From NCBI GenBank assembly GCA_964016885.1, contig CAXHJY010000575.1, positions 1-64,000 on the forward strand: DNA of 64,000 nt. The letters are read 5' to 3'. The stretch comes from Eledone cirrhosa (Eukaryota). Made by a program: the position numbers and the translations under genes. Position 1 is the first letter of the stretch. Every line of letters begins with the position of its first letter. This document shows, one piece after another, positions 49,701 through 64,000 of the stretch. A model generated the notes under the pieces. That model did not search any database. It was not told the DNA's origin and saw only the letters and a program-made list of their open reading frames with translations.

Positions 49701-52700
49701 TGAGTTACAAACGAAGCGAAATTTAATTTCGTTTCGTTATTTGTTTTTATCGTCTCCGCTGACCCGGTACGTACTCACGCTCTATGCAAATTAGTCTGCC
49801 CACTACTAATTTTCATAGAAAAAGCTTATAACGATACGTGCTTTTACGATTCTCCAGAAAGGCCGGAATAGGTAAATATTGCTGATGAGATGTAACAACA
49901 TCGAAACTAGTCCAATATTCCTGTCTAGCTTTCTGGAGAATAGAGGAAAGGTGTTTCCTCGAAAACCAGTATGACTCTAAAAACCGGTTTGTCTGTGTGT
50001 TTACATACAGAATAGCTGAACACTCACAGTAAAGTGTCCAGTGAAAAACTCGGTACATCTACATATGTACACGTGTGTGTATTCATATGCATACTAATAT
50101 TTCAGTATACATATGTGGATGTACATTTTTAACTTAATTGTTTAAGCGTCAGTCATACAAAAGTGAGTTACAAACGAAGCGAAATTTAATTTCGTTTCGT
50201 TATTTGTTTTTATCGTCTCCGCTGAACCGGTACGTACTCACGCTCTATGCAAATTAGTCTGCCCACTACTAATTTTCATAGAAAAAGCATATAACGATAT
50301 GTGCTTTTACGATTCTCTAGAAAGGCCGGAATAGGTAAATATTGCTGATGAGATGTAATAACATCGAAACTAGTCCAATATTCCTGTCTAGCTTTCTGGA
50401 GAATAGAGGAAAGGTGTTTCCTCGAAAACCAGTATGACTCTAAAAACCGGTTTGTCTGTGTGTTTACATACAGAATAGCTGAACACTCACAGTAAAGTGT
50501 CCAGTGAAAAACTCGGTACATCTACATATGTACACGTGTGTGTATTCATATGCATACTAATATTTCAGTATACATATGTGGATGTACATTTTTAACTTAA
50601 TTGTTTAAGCGTCTGTTATACAAAAGTGAGTTACAAACGAAGCGAAATTTAATTTCGTTTCGTTATTTGTTTTTATCGTCTCCGCTGACCCGGTACGTAC
50701 TCACGCTCTATGCAAATTAGTCTGCCCACTACTAATTTTCATAGAAAAAGCATATAACGATATGTGCTTTTACGATTCTCCAGAAAGGCCGGAATAGGTA
50801 AATATTGCTGATGAGATGTAACAACATCGAAACTAGTCCAATATTCCTGTCTAGCTTTCTGGAGAATAGAGGAAAAGTGTTTCCTCGAAAACCAGTATGA
50901 CTCTAAAAACCGGTTTGTCTGTGTGTTTACATACAGAATAGCTGAACACTCACAGTAAAGTGTCCAGTGAAAAACTCGGTACATCTACATATGTACACGT
51001 GTGTGTATTCATATGCATACTAATATTTCAGTATACATATGTGGATGTACATTTTTAACTTAATTGTTTAAGCGTCTGTCATACAAAAGTGAGTTACAAA
51101 CGAAGCGAAATTTAATTTCGTTTCGTTATTTGTTTTTATCGTCTCCGCTGAACCGGTACGTACTCACGTTCTATGCAAATTAGTCTGCCCACTACTAATT
51201 TTCATAGAAAAAGCATATAACGATATGTGCTTTTACGATTCTCCAGAAAGGCCGGAATAGGTAAATATTGCTGATGAGATGTAACAACATCGAAACTAGT
51301 CCAATATTCCTGTCTAGCTTTCTGGAGAATAGAGGAAAGGTGTTTCCTCGAAAACCAGTATGACTCTAAAAACCGGTTTGTCTGTGTGTTTACATACAGA
51401 ATAGCTGAACACTCACAGTAAAGTGTCCAGTGAAAAACTCGGTACATCTACATATGTACACGTGTATGTATTCATATGCATACTAATATTTCAGTATACA
51501 TATGTGGATGTACATTTTTAACTTAATTGTTTAAGCGTCAGTCATACAAAAGTGAGTTACAAACGAAGCGAAATTTAATTTCGTTTCGTTATTTGTTTTT
51601 ATTGTCTCCGCTGAACCGGTACGTACTCACGCTCTATGCAAATTAGTCTGCCCACTACTAATTTTCATAGAAAAAGCATATAACGATATGTGCTTTTACG
51701 ATTCTCTAGAAAGGCCGGAATAGGTAAATATTGCTGATGAGATGTAACAACATCGAAACTAGTCCAATATTCCTGTCTAGCTTTCTGGAGAATAGAGGAA
51801 AGGTGTTTCCTCGAAAACCAGTATGACTCTAAAAACCGGTTTGTCTGTGTGTTTACATACAGAATAGCTGAACACTCACAGTAAAGTGTCCAGTGAAAAA
51901 CTCGGTACATCTACATATGTACACGTGTGTGTATTCATATGCATACTAATATTTCAGTATACTTATGTGGATGTACATTTTTAACTTAATTGTTTAAGCG
52001 TCAGTCATACAAAAGTGAGTTACAAACGAAGCGAAATTTAATTTCGTTTCGTTATTTGTTTTTATCGTCTCCGCTGAACCGGTACGTACTCACGCTCTAT
52101 GCAAATTAGTCTGCCAACTACTCATTTTCATAGGCCGGAATAGGTAAATATTGCTGATGAGATGTAACAACATCGAAACTAGTCCAATATTCCTGTCTAG
52201 CTTTCTGGAGAATAGAGGAAAGGTGTTTCCTCGAAAACCAGTATGACTCTAAAAACCGGTTTGTCTGTGTGTTTACATACAGAATAGCTGAACACTCACA
52301 GTAAAGTGTCCAGTGAAAAACTCGGTACATCTACATATGTACACGTGTGTGTATTCATATGCATACTAATATTTCAGTATACATATGTGGATGTACATTT
52401 TTAACTTAATTGTTTAAGCGTCAGTCATACAAAAGTGAGTTACAAACGAAGCGAAATTTAATTTCGTTTCGTTATTTGTTTTTATCGTCTCCGCTGAACC
52501 GGTACGTACTCACGCTCTATGCAAATTAGTCTGCCCACTACTAATTTTCATAGAAAAAGCATATAACGATATGTGCTTTTACGATTCTCTAGAAAGGCCG
52601 GAATAGGTAAATATTGCTGATGAGATGTAACAACATCGAAACTAGTCCAATATTCCTGTCTAGCTTTCTGGAGAATAGAGGAAAGGTGTTTCCTCGAAAA

Positions 52701-55700
52701 CCAGTATGACTCTAAAAACCGGTTTGTCTGTGTGTTTACATACAGAATAGCTGAACACTCACAGTAAAGTGTCCAGTGAAAAACTCGGTACATCTACATA
52801 TGTACACGTGTGTGTATTCATATGCATACTAATATTTCAGTATACATATGTGGATGTACATTTTTAACTTAATTGTTTAAGCGTCAGTCATACAAAAGTG
52901 AGTTACAAACGAAGCGAAATTTAATTTCGTTTCGTTATTTGTTTTTATCGTCTCCGCTGAACCGGTACGTACTCACGCTCTATGCAAATTAGTCTGCCCA
53001 CTACTAATTTTCATAGAAAAAGCATATAACGATATGTGCTTTTACGATTCTCTAGAAAGGCCGGAATAGGTAAATATTGCTGATGAGATGTAACAACATC
53101 GAAACTAGTCCAATATTCCTGTCTAGCTTTCTGGAGAATAGAGGAAAGGTGTTTCCTCGAAAACCAGTATGACTCTAAAAACCGGTTTGTCTGTGTGTTT
53201 ACATACAGAATAGCTGAACACTCACAGTAAAGTGTCCAGTGAAAAACTCGGTACATCTACATATGTACACGTGTGTGTATTCATATGCATACTAATATTT
53301 CAGTATACATATGTGGATGTACATTTTTAACTTAATTGTTTAAGCGTCAGTCATACAAAAGTGAGTTACAAACGAAGCGAAATTTAATTTCGTTTCGTTA
53401 TTTGTTTTTATCGTCTCCGCTGAACCGGTACGTACTCACGCTCTATGCAAATTAGTCTGCCCACTACTAATTTTCATAGAAAAAGCATATAACGATATGT
53501 GCTTTTACGATTCTCTAGAAAGGCCGGAATAGGTAAATATTGCTGATGAGATGTAACAACATCGAAACTAGTCCAATATTCCTGTCTAGCTTTCTGGAGA
53601 ATAGAGGAAAGGTGTTTCCTCGAAAACCAGTATGACTCTAAAAACCGGTTTGTCTGTTTGTTTACATACAGAATAGCTGAACACTCACAGTAAAGTGTCC
53701 AGTGAAAAACTCGGTACATCTACATATGTACACGTGTGTGTATTCATATGCATACTAATATTTCAGTATACATATGTGGATGTACATTTTTAACTTAATT
53801 GTTTAAACATCAGTCATACAAAAGTGAGTTACAAACGAAGCGAAATTTAATTTCGTTTCGTTATTTGTTTTTATCGTCTACGCTGAACCGGTACGTACTC
53901 ACGCTCTATGCAAATTAGTCTGCCCACTACTAATTTTCATAGAAAAAGCATATAACGATATGTGCTTTTACGATTCTCTAGAAAGGCCGGAATAGGTAAA
54001 TATTGCTGATGAGATGTAACAACATCGAAACTAGTCCAATATTCCTGTCTAGCTTTCTGGATAATAGAGGAAAGGTGTTTCCTCGAAAACTAGTATGACT
54101 CTAAAAACCGATTTGTCTGTGTGTTTACATACAGAATAGCTGAACACTCACAGTAAAGTGTCCAGTGAAAAACTCGGTACATCTACATATGTACACGTGT
54201 GTGTATTCATATGCATACTAATATTTCAGTATACATATGTGGATGTACATTTTTAACTTAATTGTTTAAGCGTCAGTCATACAAAAGTGAGTTACAAACG
54301 AAGCAAAATTTAATTTCGTTTCGTTATTTGTTTTTATCGTCTCCGCTGAACCGGTACGTACTCACGCTCTATGCAAATTAGTCTGCCCACTACTAATTTT
54401 CATAGAAAAAGCATATAACGATATGTGCTTTTACGATTCTCTAGAAAGGCCGGAATAGGTAAATATTGCTGATGAGATGTAACAACATCGAAGCTAGTCC
54501 AATATTCCTGTCTAGCTTTCTGGAGAATAGAGGAAAGGTGTTTCCTCGAAAACCAGTATGACTCTAAAAACCGGTTTGTCTGTGTGTTTACATACAGAAT
54601 AGCTGAACACTCACAGTAAAGTGTCCAGTGAAAAACTCGGTACATCTACATATGTACACATGTGTGTATTCATATGCATACTAATATTTCAGTATACATA
54701 TGTGGATGTACATTTTTAACTTAATTGTTTAAGCGTCAGTCATACAAAAGTGAGTTACAAACGAAGCGAAATTTAATTTCGTTTCGTTATTTGTTTTTAT
54801 CGTCTCCGCTGAACCGGTACGTACTCACGCTCTATGCAAATTAGTCTGCCCACTACTAATTTTCATAGAAAAAGCATATAACGTTATGTGCTTTTACGAT
54901 TCTCTAGAAAGGCCGGAATAGGTAAATATTGCTGATGAGATGTAACAACATCGAAACTAGTCCAATATTCCTGTCTAGCTTTCTGGAGAATAGAGGAAAG
55001 GTGTTTCCTCGAAAATCAGTATGACTCTAAAAACCGGTTTGTCTGTGTGTTTACATACAGAATAGCTGAACACTCACAGTAAAGTGTCCAGTGAAAAACT
55101 CGGTACATCTACATATGTACACGTGTGTGTATTCATATGCATACTAATATTTCAGTATACATATGTGGATGTACATTTTTAACTTAATTGTTTAAGCGTC
55201 TGTCATACAAAAGTGAGTTACAAACGAAGCGAAATTTAATTTCGTTTCGTTATTTGTTTTTATCGTCTCCGCTTAACCGGTACGTACTCACGCTCTATGC
55301 AAATTAGTCTGCCCACTACTAATTTTCATAGAAAAAGCATATAACGATATGTGCTTTTACGATTCTCTAGAAAGGCCGGAATAGGTAAATATTGCTGATG
55401 AGATGTAACAACATCGAAACTAGTCCAATATTCCTGTCTAGCTTTCTGGAGAATAGAGGAAAGGTGTTTCCTCGAAAACGAGTATGACTCTAAAAACCGG
55501 TTTGTCTGTGTGTTTACATACAGAATAGCTGAACACTCACAGTAAAGTGTCCAGTGAAAAACTCGGTACATCTACATATGTACACGTGTGTGTATTCATA
55601 TGCATACTAATATTTCAGTATACATATGTGGATGTACATTTTTAACTTAATTGTTTAAGCGTCAGTCATACAAAAGTGAGTTACAAACGAAGCGAAATTT

Positions 55701-58700
55701 AATTTCGTTTCGTTATTTGTTTTTATCGTCTCCGCTGAACCGGTACGTACTCACGCTCTATGCAAATTAGTCTGCCCACTACTAATTTTCATAGAAAAAG
55801 CATATAACGATATGTGCTTTTACGATTCTCTAGAAAGGCCGGAATAGGTAAATATTGCTGATGAGATGTAACAACATCGAAACTAGTCCAATATTCCTGT
55901 CTAGCTTTCTGGAGAATAGAGGAAAGGTGTTTCCTCGAAAACCAGTATGACTCTAAAAACCGGTTTGTCTGTGTGTTTACATACAGAATAGCTGAACACT
56001 CACAGTAAAGTTCCAGTGAAAAACTCGGTACATCTACATATGTACACGTGTGTGTATTCATATGCATACTAATATTTCAGTATACATATGTGGATGTACA
56101 TTTTTAACTTAATTGTTTAAGCGTCTGTCATACAAAAGTGAGTTACAAACGAAGCGAAATTTAATTTCGTTTCGTTATTTGTTTTTATCGTCTCCGCTGA
56201 ACCGATACGTACTCACGCTCTATGCAAATTAGTCTGCCCACTACTAATTTTCATAGAAAAAGCATATAACGATATGTACTTTTACGATTCTCTAGAAAGG
56301 CCGGAATAGGTAAATATTGCTGATGAGATGTAACAACATCGAAACTAGTCCCAATATTCCTGTCTAGCTTTCTGGAGAATAGAGGAAAGGTGTTTCCTCG
56401 AAAACCAGTATGACTCTAAAAACCGGTTTGTCTGTTTGTTTACATACAGAATAGCTGAACACTCACAGTAAAGTGTCCAGTGAAAAACTCGGTACATCTA
56501 CATATGTACACGTGTGTGTATTCATATGCATACTAATATTTCAGTATACATATGTGGATGTACATTTTTAACTTAATTGTTTAAGCGTCAGTCATACAAA
56601 AGTGAGTTACAAACGAAGCGAAATTTAATTTCGTTTCGTTATTTGTTTTTATCGTCTCCGCTTAACCGGTACGTACTCACGCTCTATGCAAATTAGTCTG
56701 CCCACTACTAATTTTCATAGAAAAAGCATATAACGATATGTGCTTTTACGATTCTCTAGAAAGGCCGGAATAGGTAAATATTGCTGATGAGATGTAACAA
56801 CATCGAAACTAGTCCAATATTCCTGTCTAGCTTTCTGGAGAATAGAGGAAAGGTGTTTCCTCGAAAACGAGTATGACTCTAAAAACCGGTTTGTCTGTGT
56901 GTTTACATACAGAATAGCTGAACACTCACAGTAAAGTGTCCAGTGAAAAACTCGGTACATCTACATATGTACACGTGTGTGTATTCATATGCATACTAAT
57001 ATTTCAGTATACATATGTGGATGTACATTTTTAACTTAATTGTTTAAGCGTCAGTCATACAAAAGTGAGTTACAAACGAAGCGAAATTTAATTTCGTTTC
57101 GTTATTTGTTTTCATCGTCTCCGCTGAACCGCTACGTACTCACGCTCTATGCAAATTAGTCTGCCCACTACTAATTTTCATAGAAAAAGCATATAACGAT
57201 ATGTGCTTTTACGATTCTCTAGAAAGGCCGGAATAGGTAAATATTGCTGATGAGATGTAACAACATCGAAACTAGTCCAATATTCCTGTCTAGCTTTCTG
57301 GAGAATAGAGGAAAGGTGTTTCCTCGAAAACCAGTATGACTCTAAAAACCGGTTTGTCTGTGTGTTTACATACAGAATAGCTGAACACTCACAGTAAAGT
57401 GTCCAGTGAAAAACTCGGTACATCTACATATGTACACGTGTGTGTATTCATATGCATACTAATATTTCAGTATACATATGTGGATGTACATTTTTAACTT
57501 AATTGTTTAAGCGTCAGTCATACAAAAGTGAGTTACAAACGAAGCGAAATTTATTTTCGTTTCGTTATTTGTTTTCATCATCTCCGCTGAACCGGTACGT
57601 ACTCACGCTCTATGCAAATTAGTCTGCCCACTACTAATTTTCATAGAAAAAGCATATAACGATATGTGCTTTTACGATTCTCTAGAAAGGCCGGAATAGG
57701 TAAATATTGCTGATGAGATGTAACAACATCGAAACTAGTCCAATATTCCTGTCTAGCTTTCTGGAGAATAGAGGAAAGGTGTTTCCTCGAAAACCAGTAT
57801 GACTCTAAAAACCGGTTTGTCTGTGTGTTTACATACAGAATAGCTGAACACTCACAGTAAAGTGTCCAGTGAAAAACTCGGTACATCTACATATGTACAC
57901 GTGTGTGTATTCATATGCATACTAATATTTCAGTATACATATGTGGATGTACATTTTTAACTTAATTGTTTAAGCGTCAGTCATACAAAAGTGAGTTACA
58001 AACGAAGCGAAATTTATTTTCGTTTCGTTATTTGTTTTCATCATCTCCGCTGAACCGGTACGTACTCACGCTCTATGCAAATTAGTCTGCCCACTACTAA
58101 TTTTCATAGAAAAAGCATATAACGATATGTGCTTTTACGATTCTCTAGAAAGGCCGAAATAGGTAAATATTGCTGATGAGATGTAACAACATCGAAACTA
58201 GTCCAATATTCCTGTCTAGCTTTCTGGAGAATAGAGGAAAGGTGTTTCCTCGAAAACCAGTATGACTTTAAAAACCGGTTTGTCTGTGTGTTTACATACA
58301 GAATAGCTGAACACTCACGGTAAAGTGTCCAGTGAAAAACTCGGTACATCTACATATGTACACGTGTGTGTATTCATATGCATACTAATATTTCAGTATA
58401 CATATGTGGATGTACATTTTTAACTTAATTGTTTAAGCGTCAGTCATACAAATGTGAGTTACAAACGAAGCAAAATTTAATTTCGTTTCGTTATTTGTTT
58501 TTATCGTCTACGCTGAACCGGTACGTACTCACGCTCTATGCAAATTAATCTGCCCACTACTAATTTTCATAGAAAAAGCATATAACGATATGTGCTTTTA
58601 CGATTCTCTAGAAAGGCCGGAATAGGTAAATATTGCTGATGAGATGTAACAACATCGAAACTAGTCCAATATTCCTGTCTAGCTTTCTTGAGAATAGAGG

Positions 58701-60017
58701 AAAGGTGTTTCCTCGAAAACCAGTATGACTCTAAAAACCGGTTTGTCTGTGTGTTTACATACAGAATAGCTGAACACTCAGAGTAAAGTGTCCAGTGAAA
58801 AACTTGGTACATCTACATATGTACACGTGTGTGTATTCATATGCATACTAATATTTCAGTATACATATGTGGATGTACATTTTTAACTTAATTGTTTAAG
58901 CGTCTGTCCTACAAAAGTGAGTTACAAACGAAGCGAAATTTAATTTCGTTTCGTTATTTGTTTTTATCGTCTCCGCTGAACCGGTACGTACACACGCTCT
59001 ATGCAAATTAATCTGCCCACTACTAATTTTCATAGAAAAAGCATATAACGATATGTGCTTTTACGATTCTCTAGAAAGGCCGGAATAGGTAAATATTGCT
59101 GATGAGATGTAACAACATCGAAACTAGTCCAATATTCCTGTCTAGCTTTCTGGAGAATAGAGGAAAGGTGTTTCCTCGAAAACCAGTATGACTCTAAAAA
59201 CCGGTTTGTCTGTGTGTTTACATACAGAATAGCTGAACACTCACAGTAAAGTGTCCAGTGAAAAACTCGGTACATCTACATATGTACACGTGTGTGTATT
59301 CATATGCATACTAATATTTCAGTATACATATGTGGATGTACATTTTTAACTTAATTGTTTAAGCGTCAGTCATACAAAAGTGAGTTACAAACGAAGCGAA
59401 ATTTAATTTCGTTTCGTTATTTGTTTTCATCGTCTCCGCTGAACCGGTACGTACTCACGCTCTATGCAAATTAGTCTGCCCACTACTAATTTTCATAGAA
59501 AAAGCATATAACGATATGTGCTTTTACGATTCTCTAGAAAGGCCGGAATAGGTAAATATTGCTGATGAGATGTAACAACATCGAAACTAGTCCAATATTC
59601 CTGTCTAGCTTTCTGGAGAATAGAGGAAAGGTGTTTCCTCGAAAACCAGTATGACTCTAAAAACCGGTTTGTCTGTGTGTTTACATACAGAATAGCTGAA
59701 CACTCACAGTAAAGTGTCCAGTGAAAAACTCGGTACATCTACATATGTACACGTGTGTGTATTCATATGCATACTAATATTTCAGTATACATATGTGGAT
59801 GTACATTTTTAACTTAATTGTTTAAGCGTCAGTCATACAAAAGTGAGTTACAAACGAAGCGAAAGTGTCCAGTGAAAAACTCGGTACATCTACATATGTA
59901 CACGTGTGTGTATTCATATGCATACTAATATTTCAGTATACATATGTGGATGTACATTTTTAACTTAATTGTTTAAGCGTCAGTCATACAAAAGTGAGTT
60001 ACAAACGTTATTTGTTT
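40789..60017 (+). repeat. Tandem array of ~41.5 x 463-bp units, each with a minimal type I hammerhead ribozyme (retrozyme-like satellite)
   Basis: The 463-bp period is read from repeated landmarks and ORF-track spacing. I count 41 HHR-bearing units, which differ by only a few SNPs or indels. (TA)n on both sides. Confidence 0.97.
41083..41127 (+). ncRNA. Minimal type I hammerhead ribozyme, first of 41 array copies
   Basis: AATATTG-CTGATGA-GATGT AACA ACATC-GAAA-CTAG-TC-CAATATT; GUC cleavage after 41120. Stem I extends through TTCTCTAGAAAG/CTTTCTGGAGAA. Confidence 0.92.
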
Positions 60018-61620
<1,603 letters not shown>

Positions 61621-61629
61621 CATTTTTAT

Positions 61630-62050
61630 CATCATGAAATCTCTTTTCAGTATTTTTCCTGAGGGCGCTTACTGAAAGCTAGTTCACCATAAAGTAACTA
61701 CTTCGGATAATGTGATCAGTGCATATTATATCTAATACGGCGAGGTTAGATAATCAGACAGCATCCATAATCCAGTACTTCTGCGTTAGGTGCAAAGGAT
61801 TTTTAGTTAATGTTCAAAGTACGCCCCAGAAATCTCTTATGGAATTTTTGAGAGATCTAGATGGCCGCTATATTCCACAGTAATACAGCTGCGAAACTGC
61901 GACACATGGAACAAAGATTCACAGTTTGCTGAAAAGTTTTAAAACTTCTGTAATTTCATACGTTTATCGAATACACCAAACACAATGAAGTCCATATCAC
62001 AAGGAATCTTCGTTGAAGCTACGTTTTCTCTAGCTGACTGACGCTAAAAT
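61630..62050 (-). pseudogene. Highly decayed RTE-type LINE 3' fragment
   Basis: Manual translation gives QKFHKRFLGRTLNIN*KSFAPNAEVL and PK*LLYGELAFSKRP, resembling the RTE C-terminal motifs RFH.R.LR.IL.I.W...N.EVL and PK.LLYGEL..GKR. Confidence 0.55.
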
Positions 62051-63593
62051 CAGATGTGTGATTTTATTACAATAGGGCGTAAGTGTTTCTGCGGTCGATT
62101 CAGTAGAAATCTCGAAAATATCATTCCAGCCGTTACCAATAAGGAAATACACGGAATGTTACCACAGCATGACTTGGCATACGTTCCCTTCATTAGCGTA
62201 ATATAATGGTTGCATCTCAGTTTCGAGAATTGCGATTTCTTGCCCTTTTTGCAGTACATGGGTGGCAATAGACATAATATATTAGCTCTTCCAACCACTT
62301 AGGTTTATTTTCTGCATATGGGACACCGAAGAAAGAAGAAGAGACCATGCTCACGCTACACACGTGAAAGTCGTTTAGATCAAGCGATTCCTGTGCTTGA
62401 AGTTTTAGTATATAAAAACGTTGCACAGAAACAATCCCGCTTTGGAAACCGATGACAAGTATACAAAAAGAAAAACAAGTCAATATCATTGGTTGTTATC
62501 GAATCTCAGTTTTTACATCAGTGTCTCCTTTCTCAGAGAACGATATTCTAAGAAGAACTAGGGGTCTCTCACTGCCGATGGGATAACAACGCTCTCAGTC
62601 ACAAATCCGAGTATCACCTTACCATGTCCGTTGGTAATATAAATGCATACATACATGGTAATATATATTATTAATTTGTTATTTGTTTTCTGCCCTCTTC
62701 ACTGTATCACCTTATATTTATTTTAAGTTGAGATAGATTATAACACAAACACATTGAATATCTCATCTTAACATCTTGTATCATACCAATCTATCCAACA
62801 TATTCTGACCTTGAGATTGGTTATAGCACACACACACACACACTTTATCCTACGTTATTTCTCACTTCTCCATATACATTATCATTACTTTTTCACCAAT
62901 CTCTCATTTACTCTTTATTCTTTATTCTCTATTTATTTATTTATTTTCAAATTACACAAATTATATTAATTATTTTATTTTATTATATTATTTATTTATT
63001 TTCTGTTTTCTTCATTTATTGCCTTATATTTCTTCATATACATGAAAGAACCCCCCCCCCCACCACCACCACCACCACTACGATGGTGGCGGGAGGGATG
63101 AAGAAAAAACACAAACTGGATACTTCTAAATTGTTAGCAGCAGCAAGATATAAGCTGACCACTACAACAACAACAGTACCAAAATAATGGTGGAGGTCAA
63201 ATGTACTGAACAATAGCAGACAAAAACACTACAGGGAGCCTCACCCCAGAAAGAATTCTATAGACTTCTGACTGAGGAATGCTCTCAGAACTGAACAATG
63301 GGAAGTTTGACACTTTTTTTGTTATTTTGTTCCTTTAACACCTTGTCCCTTCTACCATTTTATCAATTTTAAGCTAACTCCAACAATAACAACACTTAGA
63401 ATGAGGAATGTTCTAAAAACTGACCAATGAGAGGAGAATGGGGACATGTGACACAAAAATTCGTTTGTTTGAATTCATATGACTCCAGTTCCCCAGTGAA
63501 TTAACAACCCAACAAGGAACTGGGCATATCAGAGTATTGACAATATCATACACCTAAACAACATATGTACTTGTCTATACCATACTAATTCAA

Positions 63594-63648
63594 ACTGTCT
63601 GAAGAGGTCACAGCCAAAGATGGCTGTCACTGAAATATATATAGCAGT
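63594..63648 (+). ncRNA. Type I hammerhead ribozyme upstream of a PLE ORF
   Basis: ACTGT-CTGAAGA-GGTCACAGCCA AAGA TGGCTGTCACT-GAAA-TATATA-TA-GCAGT; cleavage after AUA at 63643. Confidence 0.78.
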
Positions 63649-63850
63649 AATAAACGAAGCTAAATTTTAATCATTTGACTTTTATTTAACTTTATTTTAC
63701 ACTACTCCGGAGTAACCAAACCAACCTGCGCACTTCGTCGAGTGCTCCAGCCTGCATACTGAGGTGTTGGTATACAACCAACATAAACTCAAAATCTATC
63801 TAGCTCCCACACGGGTTGAGCGCTTCAAACAGTAGCGGACCTAAGTCACT

Positions 63851-64000
63851 ATGGATAAACTGGCAACCTTAGCGTCACTGAAGGACATCCCCCTACCTGA
63901 TAAACGAGAATACACCAGTGATCTCATCAAGAGTACGGACTCCCTCATCCGTAGGATGAGATGGAAGGCGTTCCACTTCGAAAGAGGAACGCAGAAAACT
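63851..64000 (+). CDS. N-terminus of a Naiad-like PLE ORF, running off the window
   Basis: MDKLATLASLKDIPLPDKREYTSDLIKSTDSLIRRMRWKAFHFERGTQKT has the S.K.IP.P and LI.RMRWKA motifs and lies ~200 nt downstream of an HHR. Confidence 0.72.
   Translation, partial: MDKLATLASLKDIPLPDKREYTSDLIKSTDSLIRRMRWKAFHFERGTQKT

Noticed and set aside
41483-59738. Repeated 81-aa minus-strand ORF (MYRVFHW...) in the array
   Set aside because: No recognisable motif, broken in several units and not preserved in the solo copy. It lies antisense to the structurally conserved hammerhead, and its recurrence only reflects the repeat.
40789-60017. CRISPR array, or tandem tRNA/5S/snRNA gene cluster
   Set aside because: Units are identical throughout with no unique spacers, and no cas genes are present. 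I could not see a cloverleaf or a recognisable 5S/snRNA sequence.
62050-62489. 82-aa and 90-aa minus-strand ORFs as host exons
   Set aside because: No recognisable domain or splice context. They adjoin a decayed LINE fragment.

Overview
AT-rich eukaryotic, microsatellite-saturated DNA. The style resembles cephalopod genomes, but that is inference only. I find no host gene. The window is a nest of retroelements inserted into long (TA)n tracts: one near-complete Penelope-like element (PLE; RT + GIY-YIG, Neptune-like, direct pseudo-LTRs, 15682-21640); several 5'-truncated Naiad-like PLE fragments, most arranged as fold-back palindromes; the start of another Naiad-like ORF at the right edge; an RTE LINE with a twin-priming-type inversion; and an old RTE relic. 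Almost every PLE-derived piece carries a type I hammerhead ribozyme (HHR) motif that can be folded by eye, about 10 distinct designs in all. The standout is a 19-kb array of 41 x 463-bp non-coding units (40789-60017), each with a minimal hammerhead. A diverged solo 1.3-unit copy at 29641-30256 shows compensatory base-pair changes and the same 3' end against (TA)n. This suggests a retrozyme-like, probably PLE-mobilised, self-cleaving RNA element that has expanded into satellite DNA. Most ORFs in the supplied track are microsatellite artefacts. All ribozyme calls are manual folds and are untested.
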